From: an uncultured Candidatus Binatia bacterium
GTDB lineage: Bacteria; Desulfobacterota; Binatia; Bin18
Direction of reading: 5' to 3'
Length of the DNA: 64,000 bases
NCBI GenBank assembly: GCA_965200965.1
Contig: OZ241744.1
Span: forward strand, 256,001-320,000
Shown here: positions 18,241 to 28,148 of the stretch, piece by piece
Position numbering within the stretch: position 1 is the stretch's first letter
Layout of the letters: each line of letters starts with the position of its first letter
Notes under the pieces: generated by a model
Databases searched by the model: none
Seen by the model: the letters and a program-made list of their open reading frames with translations, nothing else
What the model was told of the DNA's origin: nothing
Made by a program: the position numbers and the translations under genes

Positions 18241-20783
18241 GAGCGTGCTCCCGATGAGGCCGGAACGGGCCAGCCCACCTGATCGGCCACAGGAAATTCA
18301 ACTGCCCAGACCGGCTTCTCGCTGGCGACCTGCCCGGTGCGGAGCCGTGCCAGAGGATAGGCGGGCAGCCGCACCGTCGCCAGACACTTGTCAGCAAACC
18401 GCGCCGCCTGCTGCACATGCGGCAGGCGGTGCCGCCACCGGTGGAAGCTGAAATCCAGGACCGCAAACCCGAAGGGCCGCCGCGCAGCGGCCAGCACGGC
18501 CCGGTCCCGGGGGAAGACATGCAGGAAGAAGCGCCCCTGCGTGTCCGCCCGCTGACACCCCTCTTTGACATAGGTCAGGGTCCGCCCGTCCAGGTAGAGG
18601 GCAAAGTCAGAGCGGGCCACCGGCGGGGCCGCCACCGCTGCCCGGTATGTCGCCTCAAGCAGGTCGGTCGCGCGCACGCCAGCAGGTGCCAAGTCAATGC
18701 TTACTCTCCAAAGATCGGGTCCCCCGGGGACGAACAGGCGGGCTTCAAGGGTTTGGATCGGATAGGGGGGCAGTGTCCGCCGGATCAGACACGCCCCGTC
18801 AACGCGGACCCCGTAATCGGGAAAGATGAAGTTCAGGACCTCAGTGCCTGGCGTTCGCCGCCACGCGGGGCGGTCGGCAGCGGCAGCGTCAGCGGGGTCC
18901 ACGGGCACGACATGGACCACGAAGCGCCCCCGCACATCGGCCGGCCGGCAGGGGGCCTTCACCCAGGTCAGGGTGGTCCCGTCCAGGTACAGGTCGAACG
19001 CCGAGCGGAGGAGGGGCGGCCCGGCGGTGGTGGCCCGGTAGAGTTGCCGGTAGCGCTCGGCGGTGGCCGCATCCACCAGAGCGGGGTCGCTCGCGCTCAC
19101 CGTGAGGATGGTGTTGTTGTAGACTTGGCGGGTGTAGACAATGGGTGCGAAGGGGTGATCAAAGCGGTCTCCCCACCCAGTGAACACATGAGAGGTCACA
19201 TAAAAGTCCCCCTCCTCCTCCATTCCGTCGGCGAAGACAATGCGACGCCGGGCTGCCTTGGGCAGGATACCCCGGTTCATGGTGTACTGGATGCCGGGAC
19301 GGCCGCTGGGACGGCTCGGCACTAGAGAGACGGGTGAGGCGGGATAGCGCTGAAGCAGATATTCCAGCCCCTCCCGGTACGTCTGTGAGCGGTACGCTTC
19401 GTAGTACTGCCCACGCAGGTACTCGGGCGTGTTCCGGTCCACCAGCCAGTTGAAATAGACATACTGATGAGGATGAATCCCAACCATTTCGATGACCACG
19501 CCAGCCAGGCCAGCCATGGCCAGGCCATAGACACCGGCCCGCAGGGCCGGCCAGCGGCACACGCCAGCCAGCCGCCGCAGACCAGCCACAGCCAGCAGAC
19601 ACAGCGGGGCGTAGAGGAAATACATCTGCCGCCAGCCGTTGTGGACATTGGCATTGAGGACGATGACGGCCCCAACGGGCAGGAGCACGCAGGCCACGAG
19701 CAGGCCCTCAAAGCGGGTGGTGGGGTTGCGGAGCAGCTCGCCGGGGTGGGTCAGAGTCCGCCAGAGCACGCCAGCCGCCCCGATGAGGCTCAGCAGCAGC
19801 ACGCCCGGCGGGGTGGTGATGGCCAGCCAGGTCGGAATGTAGTGCGCCGGAATAGCCGGCCAGTGGATGAGTTCGCCTTGAAAGAGCATAGTAGGACGGT
19901 GAGGGTGCTGGGAGAGAACCGTGAATGTTTCGACCACCTCCAGGGGATTGCTCCACAGATGGGGCGAGACCGCATACAGCGTCAAGACACTGGCCAGCCC
20001 GAACACCCCCAGCGTCCTCCCCACCTGCCGCCGTTCCGCCCGATTTCCCGCCCGCACCCAATCCACCACCCGCATCACCATCACCGCCACAAACAATCCC
20101 CCACCCATGATGCGTAAGTTCGTTGCGACCCCCACCCCCACCCCACACAGCGCATACGCCCCCACCCCCCCCCGTTGCCACGCCCGGTGAATCAGGGCCA
20201 GACAGCCCAGGAAGGCCACCAGGAAGGGGATGTCCTTGGTGTTGAAAAACGAGTGGGCATACAGCCGGGGATGGAGGACGAAGAGGCCGAGGGCCAGCAG
20301 GGCCAGCCAGCGGCTGCCGAACAACCGGGCGGCCAGCCAGGCCGCGCCCCCGCCGCCGGCCAGAAAGCAGAGGTGGGTGAGGAGATGGCGGCTCAAGTAG
20401 ATGGCGCGGCTGTCGGTGAGACCCAGCAGCCGCTCAACCAGCACCAGCGGTACTTCGAAGACAACGCCGTAGTAGCGGTCATAGGGAGGGAGACCGGGGG
20501 GCGCGTGCAGGGTCTCGGTGTCGCCTAGCGCATAGGCGATTGCCGCCTGGGTAATTCGGCGTTGGGCTGTCTCGTCCCACCCCACCCCGTAATCGTCAAG
20601 AACGGCCAAGCCCACCACGGCCAGCACCGCCAGGGCCAGCAGGACACTGTGGCGGGCCACGAAGGCCACCGCCGCCGTGGACCAGCGGCCCACGGACCGG
20701 GGGACAGAGGTCACGATGAGCCTGCCCAGGTGGGCGGCCATGGAGGTGCCGCCAGCCGTGCCCCGAATGTCAGCCGGCCTCAA
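18237..20783 (-). CDS. GT-C glycosyltransferase, copy 2, 2 C-terminal domains
   Basis: Paralogue with DDYGVGWDETAQ and type-A C-terminus (...PVPASSGARS). Confidence 0.85.
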   Translation of the reverse strand: MRPADIRGTAGGTSMAAHLGRLIVTSVPRSVGRWSTAAVAFVARHSVLLALAVLAVVGLAVLDDYGVGWDETAQRRITQAAIAYALGDTETLHAPPGLPPYDRYYGVVFEVPLVLVERLLGLTDSRAIYLSRHLLTHLCFLAGGGGAAWLAARLFGSRWLALLALGLFVLHPRLYAHSFFNTKDIPFLVAFLGCLALIHRAWQRGGVGAYALCGVGVGVATNLRIMGGGLFVAVMVMRVVDWVRAGNRAERRQVGRTLGVFGLASVLTLYAVSPHLWSNPLEVVETFTVLSQHPHRPTMLFQGELIHWPAIPAHYIPTWLAITTPPGVLLLSLIGAAGVLWRTLTHPGELLRNPTTRFEGLLVACVLLPVGAVIVLNANVHNGWRQMYFLYAPLCLLAVAGLRRLAGVCRWPALRAGVYGLAMAGLAGVVIEMVGIHPHQYVYFNWLVDRNTPEYLRGQYYEAYRSQTYREGLEYLLQRYPASPVSLVPSRPSGRPGIQYTMNRGILPKAARRRIVFADGMEEEGDFYVTSHVFTGWGDRFDHPFAPIVYTRQVYNNTILTVSASDPALVDAATAERYRQLYRATTAGPPLLRSAFDLYLDGTTLTWVKAPCRPADVRGRFVVHVVPVDPADAAAADRPAWRRTPGTEVLNFIFPDYGVRVDGACLIRRTLPPYPIQTLEARLFVPGGPDLWRVSIDLAPAGVRATDLLEATYRAAVAAPPVARSDFALYLDGRTLTYVKEGCQRADTQGRFFLHVFPRDRAVLAAARRPFGFAVLDFSFHRWRHRLPHVQQAARFADKCLATVRLPAYPLARLRTGQVASEKPVWAVEFPVADQVGWPVPASSGARS

Positions 20784-23326
20784 GAGCGTGCTCCCGATGA
20801 GGCCGGAACGGGCCAGCCCACCTGATCGGCCACAGGAAATTCAACTGCCCAGACCGGCTTCTCGCTGGCGACCTGCCCGGTGCGGAGCCGTGCCAGAGGA
20901 TAGGCGGGCAGCCGCACCGTCGCCAGACACTTGTCAGCAAACCGCGCCGCCTGCTGCACATGCGGCAGGCGGTGCCGCCACCGGTGGAAGCTGAAATCCA
21001 GGACCGCAAACCCGAAGGGCCGCCGCGCAGCGGCCAGCACGGCCCGGTCCCGGGGGAAGACATGCAGGAAGAAGCGCCCCTGCGTGTCCGCCCGCTGACA
21101 CCCCTCTTTGACATAGGTCAGGGTCCGCCCGTCCAGGTAGAGGGCAAAGTCAGAGCGGGCCACCGGCGGGGCCGCCACCGCTGCCCGGTATGTCGCCTCA
21201 AGCAGGTCGGTCGCGCGCACGCCAGCAGGTGCCAAGTCAATGCTTACTCTCCAAAGATCGGGTCCCCCGGGGACGAACAGGCGGGCTTCAAGGGTTTGGA
21301 TCGGATAGGGGGGCAGTGTCCGCCGGATCAGACACGCCCCGTCAACGCGGACCCCGTAATCGGGAAAGATGAAGTTCAGGACCTCAGTGCCTGGCGTTCG
21401 CCGCCACGCGGGGCGGTTGGCAGCGTCAGCGGGGTTCACGGGCACGACATGGACCACGAAGCGCCCCCGCACATCGGCCGGCCGGCAGGGGGCCTTCACC
21501 CAGCTCAAGGTGGTCCCGTCCAGGTACAGGTCGAACGCCGAGCGGAGGAGGGGCGGCCCGGCGGTGGTGGCCCGGTAGAGTTGCCGGTAGCGCTCGGCGG
21601 TGGCCGCATCCACCAGGGCCGGGTCGATCGCGCTCACCGTGAGGATGGTGTTGTTGTAGACTTGGCGGGTGTAGACAATGGGTGCGAAGGGGTGATCAAA
21701 GCGGTCAAGCCACGCGCTGAACATGTGATTGGTCACATAAAAGTCCCCCTCCTCCTCCATTCCGTCGGCGAAGACGATACGGTTCCGGTCCGCCTTGGGA
21801 AGGATGCCCCGGTTCCTTATATAATGGCCGGCGGGGCGGGCATTGGGACGGCCCGGTGCCAGAGAGACGGGTGAGACGGGTTGGCGCTGGAGCAGATATT
21901 CCAGCCCCTCCCGGTACGTTGTCCCCCAGTAGTCCATGTCATACTGCCCACGCAGGTACTCGGGCGTACTCCGGTCCACCAGCCGGTTGAAATAGAGGTG
22001 CTGGTAGGGATGAAGCCCGACCATTTCGATGACCACGCCAGCCAAGCCAGCCACGGCTAGGCCATAGACACCGGCCCGCAGGGCGGGCCAGCGGCACACG
22101 CCAGCCAGCCGCCGCAGACCGGCCACGGCCAGCAGACACAGCGGGGCGTAGAGGAAATACATCTGCCGCCAGCCATTATAGACATTGGCATTGAGGACGA
22201 TGACGACCCCAACGGGCAGGAGCACGCAGGCCACGAGCAGGCCCTCAAAGCGGGTGGTGGGGTTGCGGAGCCACTCGCCGGGGTGGGTCAGAGTCTGCCA
22301 GAGCACACCAGCCGCCCCGATGAGGCTCAGCAGCAGCACGCCCGGCGGGGTGGTGATGGCCAGCCAAGTCGGAATGTAGTGGGCCGGAATGGCCGGCCAG
22401 TGCACGACCTCGCCTTGAAAGAGCCTAGAACCCATGTGAGGATACTGGGAGAAAACCGTAAACGTTTCGACCACCTCCAAGGGATTGCTCCACAGATGGG
22501 GCGAGACCGCATACAGCGTCAAGACACCGGCCAGCCCGAACACCCCCAGCGTCCTCCCCACCTGCCGCCGTTCCGCCCGACTCCCCGCTCGCACCCAATC
22601 CACCACCCGCATCACCATCACCGCCACAAACAATCCCCCACCCATGATGCGTAAGTTCGTTGCGACCCCCACCCCCACCCCACACAGCGCATACGCCCCC
22701 ACCCCCCCCCGCTGCCACGCCCGGTGAATCAGGGCCAGACAGCCCAGGAAGGCCACCAGGAAGGGGATGTCCTTGGTGTTGACAAACGAGTGGGCATACA
22801 GCCGGGGATGGAGGACGAAGAGGCCGAGGGCCAGCAGGGCCAGCCAGCGGCTGCCGAACAGCCGGGCGGCCAGCCAGGCCGCCCCCCCGCCGCCCGCCAG
22901 AAAGCAGAGGTGGGTGAGGAGATGGCGGCTCAAGTAGATGGCGCGGCTGTCGGTGAGACCCAGCAGCCGCTCAACCAGCACCAGCGGCACTTCGAAGACA
23001 ACGCCGTAGTAGCGGGTGTTGGCATGGACGGGGGCCAGCAGGGTCTCGGTGTCGCCCAGCATGTAGTTGACCGCCGCCTGGGCAATTCGGCGCTGCATTG
23101 TCTCGTCCCACGCCACCCCGTAATCGTCAAGGACGGCAAGGCCCACCACGGCCAGAACCGTCAGGGCCAGCAGGACACTGTGGGCGGCCACGAAGGCCAC
23201 AGCCGCCGTGCGCCAGCGGCCCACGGACCGGGGGACGGAGGTCACGATGATCCTGCCCAGGTGGGCGGCCATGGAGGTGCCGCCAGCCGGCTCGGCAGCC
23301 GTACCCCGAATGTCGGCGGGCCTCAA
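20780..23326 (-). CDS. GT-C glycosyltransferase, copy 3, 2 C-terminal domains
   Basis: Paralogue with DDYGVAWDETMQ; C-terminal part essentially identical to copy 2. Confidence 0.85.
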   Translation of the reverse strand: MRPADIRGTAAEPAGGTSMAAHLGRIIVTSVPRSVGRWRTAAVAFVAAHSVLLALTVLAVVGLAVLDDYGVAWDETMQRRIAQAAVNYMLGDTETLLAPVHANTRYYGVVFEVPLVLVERLLGLTDSRAIYLSRHLLTHLCFLAGGGGAAWLAARLFGSRWLALLALGLFVLHPRLYAHSFVNTKDIPFLVAFLGCLALIHRAWQRGGVGAYALCGVGVGVATNLRIMGGGLFVAVMVMRVVDWVRAGSRAERRQVGRTLGVFGLAGVLTLYAVSPHLWSNPLEVVETFTVFSQYPHMGSRLFQGEVVHWPAIPAHYIPTWLAITTPPGVLLLSLIGAAGVLWQTLTHPGEWLRNPTTRFEGLLVACVLLPVGVVIVLNANVYNGWRQMYFLYAPLCLLAVAGLRRLAGVCRWPALRAGVYGLAVAGLAGVVIEMVGLHPYQHLYFNRLVDRSTPEYLRGQYDMDYWGTTYREGLEYLLQRQPVSPVSLAPGRPNARPAGHYIRNRGILPKADRNRIVFADGMEEEGDFYVTNHMFSAWLDRFDHPFAPIVYTRQVYNNTILTVSAIDPALVDAATAERYRQLYRATTAGPPLLRSAFDLYLDGTTLSWVKAPCRPADVRGRFVVHVVPVNPADAANRPAWRRTPGTEVLNFIFPDYGVRVDGACLIRRTLPPYPIQTLEARLFVPGGPDLWRVSIDLAPAGVRATDLLEATYRAAVAAPPVARSDFALYLDGRTLTYVKEGCQRADTQGRFFLHVFPRDRAVLAAARRPFGFAVLDFSFHRWRHRLPHVQQAARFADKCLATVRLPAYPLARLRTGQVASEKPVWAVEFPVADQVGWPVPASSGARS

Positions 23327-25800
23327 GAGCGTGCTCCCGATGAGGCTGGAACGGGCCAGCTCACCTGATCGGCCACAGGAAATTCAACTGCCCAGATCGG
23401 CTTCTCGCTGGCGACCTGCCCGGTGCGGAGCCGTGCCAGAGGATAGGCGGGCAGCCGCACCGTCGCCAGACACTTGTCAGCAAACCGCGCCGCCTGCTGC
23501 ACATGCGGCATGTAGTGCCGCCACCAGTCAAAACCAAAATCCAGGACCGCAAACCCGGCTGGCCGCCGTGCAGCGGTCAGCACGGCCCGGTCCCGGGGGA
23601 AGACATGCAGGAAGAAGCGCCCCTGCGTGTCCGCCCGCTGACACCCCGCTTTGACATAGGTCAGGGTCCGCCCCTCCAGGTACAGGGCAAAGTCAGAGCG
23701 GGCCACCGGCGGGGTCGCCACCGCTGCCCGGTATGTCGCCTCAAGCAGGTCGGTCGCACGCACGCCAGCAGCCGACCACGCCAGGGCGACATGCCAGCGA
23801 TCCACGCCCCCGGGGGTGATCAGGCGGGCTTCAAGGGTTTGGATCGCATAAGGGGGAAGCGGGCACCGGATCAGACACGCCCCGTCAAGGCGGACCCCGT
23901 AATCGGAAAAGCCGAAGTTCAGGATTTCAATGCCTGGCCCCGACCGCCACGCAGGGCGGTCGGCAGCGGCAGCGGGGTCCACGGGCACGACATAGACCAC
24001 GAAGCGCCCCCGCATGTCGGCCGGACGGCAGGGCACCTTCACCCAACTCAAGGTGGCCCCCTCCAGGTACAGGTCAAACGCCGAGCGGAGGAGGGGTGGC
24101 TTGGCGGTGGTGGCCCGGTAGAGTTGCCGGTAGCGCTCGGCGGTGGCCGCATCCACCAGGGCCGGATCGCTCGCGCTCACCGTGAGGATGGTGTTGTTGT
24201 AGACTTGACGGGTGTAGACAAGGGGTGCGAAGGGGAGATCACGGCTCTTGTCCCACGGGCTGAACATGTGATCGGTCACATAAAAGTCCCCCTCCTCCTC
24301 CATTCCGTCGGCGAAGACAATGCGACGCCGGTCCGCCTTGGGAAGGCTACCCCAGTTCCGTATTTGATAGGCGGTGGGACGGCCGCTGGAATGGCCCGGC
24401 ACCAGGGAGACGGGTGAGGCGGGATAGCGCTGGAGCAGATATTCCAGCCCCTCCCGGTACGCCGTCCCCCAGCGTCCCTCGTCATACTGCCCACGCAGGT
24501 ACTCGGGCGTGTGCCGGTCCACCAGCCGGTTGAAATAGAGGTGCTGGTAGGGATGAAGCCCCACCATTTCGATGACCACGCCAGCCAGGCCAGCTACGGC
24601 CAAGCCATAGACACCGACCCGCAGGGCCGGCCAGCGGCACACGCCAGCCAGCCGTCGCAGACCGGCCACGGCCAGCAGACACAACGGAGCGTAGAGGAAA
24701 TACATGTGCCGCCAGTTGTTATAGACATTGGCATTGAGGATGATGACGGCCCCAACGGGCAGGAGCACGCAGGCCACGAGCAGGCCCTCAAAGCGGGTGG
24801 TGGGGTTACGGAGCCACTCGCCGGGGTGGGTCAGAGTCTGCCGGAGCACACCAGCCGCCCCGATGAGGCTCAGCAGCAGCACGCCCGGCGGGGTGGTGAT
24901 GGCCAGCCAAGTCGGAATGTAGTGGGCCGGAATGGCCGGCCAGTGAATTGCTTCGCCTTGAAAGAGCATAGTAGGACGGTGAGAGTGCTGGGAGAGAACT
25001 GCAATCGCGTCAAGCAGCTCCAGTGGATTGCCCCACAGATAGGGCGAGACCGTATACAGCGTCAAGACACTGGCCAGCCCGAACACCCCTAGCGTCCTCC
25101 CCACCTGCCGCCGTTCCGCCCGATTTCCCGCTCGCACCCAATCCACCACCCGCCCCCCCACCACCGCCACAAACAATCCCCCGCCCATGATGCGTAAGTT
25201 CGTTGCGACCCCCACCCCCACCCCACACAGCGCATACGCCCCCACCCCCCCCCGCTGCCACGCCCGGTGAATCAGGGCCAGACAGCCCAGGAAGGCCACC
25301 AGGAAGGGAATGTCCTTGGTGTTGAAAAACGAGTGGGCATACAGCCGGGGATGGAGCACGAAGAGGCCGAGGGCCAGCAGGGCCAGCCAGCGGCTGCCGA
25401 ACAGCCGGGAGGCCAGCCAGGCCGCGCCCCCGCCGCCGGCCAGAAAGCAGAGGTGGGTGAGCAGATGGCGGCTCAAGTAGATGGCGCGGCTGTCGGTGAG
25501 ACCCAGCAGCCGCTCAACCAGCACCAGCGGCACTTCGAAGACAACGCCGTAGTAGCGGTCGGAGGGGGGACCGGGGGGGCGCAGGGTCTCGGTGTCGCCC
25601 AGCGCATAGGCGATTGCCGTCTGGGCAATTTGGTGCTGGGCTGTCTCGTCCCACGCCACCCCGTAATCGTCAAGGACGGCCATGCCCACCACGACCAGGA
25701 CGGCCAGGGCCAGCGGGATACTGTGGGCGGCCACGAAGGCCACCGCCGCCGTGCACCAGCGGCCCACGGACCGGGGGACAGAGGGACGCCCGCTTGTCAT
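23323..25800 (-). CDS. GT-C glycosyltransferase, copy 4, 2 C-terminal domains
   Basis: Paralogue with DDYGVAWDETAQ, type-B N-terminus (MTSGRP) and type-A C-terminus. Confidence 0.85.
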   Translation of the reverse strand: MTSGRPSVPRSVGRWCTAAVAFVAAHSIPLALAVLVVVGMAVLDDYGVAWDETAQHQIAQTAIAYALGDTETLRPPGPPSDRYYGVVFEVPLVLVERLLGLTDSRAIYLSRHLLTHLCFLAGGGGAAWLASRLFGSRWLALLALGLFVLHPRLYAHSFFNTKDIPFLVAFLGCLALIHRAWQRGGVGAYALCGVGVGVATNLRIMGGGLFVAVVGGRVVDWVRAGNRAERRQVGRTLGVFGLASVLTLYTVSPYLWGNPLELLDAIAVLSQHSHRPTMLFQGEAIHWPAIPAHYIPTWLAITTPPGVLLLSLIGAAGVLRQTLTHPGEWLRNPTTRFEGLLVACVLLPVGAVIILNANVYNNWRHMYFLYAPLCLLAVAGLRRLAGVCRWPALRVGVYGLAVAGLAGVVIEMVGLHPYQHLYFNRLVDRHTPEYLRGQYDEGRWGTAYREGLEYLLQRYPASPVSLVPGHSSGRPTAYQIRNWGSLPKADRRRIVFADGMEEEGDFYVTDHMFSPWDKSRDLPFAPLVYTRQVYNNTILTVSASDPALVDAATAERYRQLYRATTAKPPLLRSAFDLYLEGATLSWVKVPCRPADMRGRFVVYVVPVDPAAAADRPAWRSGPGIEILNFGFSDYGVRLDGACLIRCPLPPYAIQTLEARLITPGGVDRWHVALAWSAAGVRATDLLEATYRAAVATPPVARSDFALYLEGRTLTYVKAGCQRADTQGRFFLHVFPRDRAVLTAARRPAGFAVLDFGFDWWRHYMPHVQQAARFADKCLATVRLPAYPLARLRTGQVASEKPIWAVEFPVADQVSWPVPASSGARS

Positions 25801-28148
25801 TGAGAGACTCCCGGCAGGGGCCGCCCAGCCCCGGCTCGCTCCGGTAATGCCACGTCCATCTCCCAGCCCCGGCCAGCCTCAGTGACCTGCCCCGTGCGGA
25901 GCCGCACCGGAGGATAGGCCGGCAGCCGCAGCGTCGCCAGACACCTGTCAGCAAACCGCGCCGCCTGCTGCACAGGCGACATGTGGTGCCGCCACCGTTG
26001 GAAGCCGAAATCCAGGACAGCAAACCCGAAGGGACGCTGAGTAGCAGCCAGTACTGGCGAGGCCGCCACCACCGCCCGGTACGTCGCCTGAAGCAGGTCG
26101 GTCGCGCGCACGCCAGCAGGTACCAAGTCAATGGTTACTCTCCAAAGATCGGGTCCCCCGGGGACATGCAGGCGGGCTTCAAGGGCGTGGATCGGATAGG
26201 GGGGCAGTGTCCGCCGGATCAGACACGCCCCGTCAACGCGGACCCCGTAATCGGAAAAGTCGAAACGCAGGATCTCACGGCCTGACTCCTGCAGCCACGC
26301 GGGGCGGTCGGCAGCGTCAGCGGGGTCCACGGGCACGACCTCGACCGCGAAGCGCCCCCGCACATCGGCCGGCCGGCAGGGGGCCTTCACCCAGGTCAGG
26401 GTGGTCCCCTCTAGGTACAGGTCGAACGCCGAGCGAAGGAGGGGCGGCCCGGCGGTGGTGGCCCGGTAGAGTTGCCGGTAGCGCTCGACGGTGGCCGTGT
26501 CCACCACGGCCGGGTCGATCGCGCTCACCGTGAGGATGGTGTTGTTGTAGACTTGGCGGGTGTAGACAACGGGTGCGAAGGGGCGATCAAAGCGGTCTCC
26601 CCACCCAGTGAACGCACGAGAGGTCACATAAAAGTCCCCCTCCTCCTCCATTCCGTCGGCGTAGACAATGCGACGCCGGGCTGCCTTGGCAAGAATGTCC
26701 CGGTTCCTTACTTGATAGCCGGTGGGACGGCCGCTGGGACGGTCCGGCACTAGAGAGATGGGTGAGGCGGGATAGTGCTGGAGCAGATATTCCAGCCCCT
26801 CCCGGTACGCCGTCTCCCAATAGTCCATCTGGTACTGCCCACGCAGGTACTCGGGCGTACTCCGGTCCACCAGCCGGTTGAAATAGAGGTACTGATGGGG
26901 ATGAATCCCAACCATTTCGATGACCACGCCAGCCAGGCCAGCCACGGCCAGGCCATAGACACCGGCCCGCAGGGCCGGCCAGCGGCACACGCCAGCCAGC
27001 CGCCGCAGACCGGCCACGGCCAGCAGACACAGCGGGGCGTAGAGGAAATACATCTGCCGCCAGCCGCCGTAGACGCTGGCATTGAGGACGATGACGGCCC
27101 CAACGGGTAGGAGCACACAGGCCACAAGCAGGCCCTCAAAACGGGTGGTGGGGTTGCGGAGCAACTCGCCAGGGTGGGTCAGCCCCCGCCGGAGCACGCC
27201 AGCCGCCCCGATGAGGCTCAGCAGCAGCACGCCCGGCGGGGTGGTGATGGCCAGCCAGGTCGGAATGTAGTGCGCCGGAATGGCCGGCCAGCGGATAACC
27301 TCGCCTTGAAAGAGCATAGTAGGACGGATGGGGTGCTGGGAGAGGACTGCAATCGCGTCAAGCAGCTCCAGCGGATTGCCCCACAGATAGGGCGAGACCG
27401 CATACAGCGTCAAGACACTGGCCAGCCCGAACACCCCCAGCGTCCTCCCCACCTGCCGCCGTTCCGCCCGACTCCCCGCCCGCACCCAATCCACTACCCG
27501 CATCACCATCACCGCCACAAACAATCCCCCGCCCATGATGCGTAAGTTCGTTGCGACCCCCACCCCCACCCCACACAGCGCATACGCCCCCACCCCCCCC
27601 CGCTGCCACGCCCGGTGAATCAGGGCCAGACAGCCCAGGAAGGCCACCAGGAAGGGGATGTCCTTGGTGTTGAAAAACGAGTGGGCATACAGCCGGGGAT
27701 GGAGCACGAAGAGGCCGAGGGCCAGCAGGGCCAGCCAGCGGCTGCCGAACAGCCGGGAGGCCAGCCAGGCCGCACCCCCGCCGCCAGCCAGAAAGCACAG
27801 GTGGGTGAGCAGATGGCGGCTCAAGTGGATAGCACGGCTGTCGGTGAGACCCAGCAGCCGCTCAACCAGGACCAGCGGCACTTCGAAGACAACGCCGTAG
27901 TAGCGGTTGTGGGGGGGACTGGGGGGGCGCAGGGTCTCGGTCTCGCCCAGCGCATAGGCGATTGCCGCTTGGCCAATCCCACGTTGATACTCCTCGTCCG
28001 GCCCCACCCCGTAATCATCAAGGACGGCTAGGCCCACCACGGCCAGCACCGCCAGGGCCAGCAGGACACTGTGGCGGGCCACGAAGGCCACCGCCGCCGT
28101 GCCCCAGCCGGCCACGGACCGGGGAACGGAGGGACGCCCGCTGGTCAT
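25797..28148 (-). CDS. GT-C glycosyltransferase, copy 5, with a ~41-aa in-frame deletion in the terminal domain
   Basis: DDYGVGPDEEYQ. The sequence reads VVAASPV|LAATQRPFGF where siblings have PPV-ARSDFAL...PRDRAV-LAAARRPFGF. Confidence 0.8.
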   Translation of the reverse strand: MTSGRPSVPRSVAGWGTAAVAFVARHSVLLALAVLAVVGLAVLDDYGVGPDEEYQRGIGQAAIAYALGETETLRPPSPPHNRYYGVVFEVPLVLVERLLGLTDSRAIHLSRHLLTHLCFLAGGGGAAWLASRLFGSRWLALLALGLFVLHPRLYAHSFFNTKDIPFLVAFLGCLALIHRAWQRGGVGAYALCGVGVGVATNLRIMGGGLFVAVMVMRVVDWVRAGSRAERRQVGRTLGVFGLASVLTLYAVSPYLWGNPLELLDAIAVLSQHPIRPTMLFQGEVIRWPAIPAHYIPTWLAITTPPGVLLLSLIGAAGVLRRGLTHPGELLRNPTTRFEGLLVACVLLPVGAVIVLNASVYGGWRQMYFLYAPLCLLAVAGLRRLAGVCRWPALRAGVYGLAVAGLAGVVIEMVGIHPHQYLYFNRLVDRSTPEYLRGQYQMDYWETAYREGLEYLLQHYPASPISLVPDRPSGRPTGYQVRNRDILAKAARRRIVYADGMEEEGDFYVTSRAFTGWGDRFDRPFAPVVYTRQVYNNTILTVSAIDPAVVDTATVERYRQLYRATTAGPPLLRSAFDLYLEGTTLTWVKAPCRPADVRGRFAVEVVPVDPADAADRPAWLQESGREILRFDFSDYGVRVDGACLIRRTLPPYPIHALEARLHVPGGPDLWRVTIDLVPAGVRATDLLQATYRAVVAASPVLAATQRPFGFAVLDFGFQRWRHHMSPVQQAARFADRCLATLRLPAYPPVRLRTGQVTEAGRGWEMDVALPERAGAGRPLPGVSQ

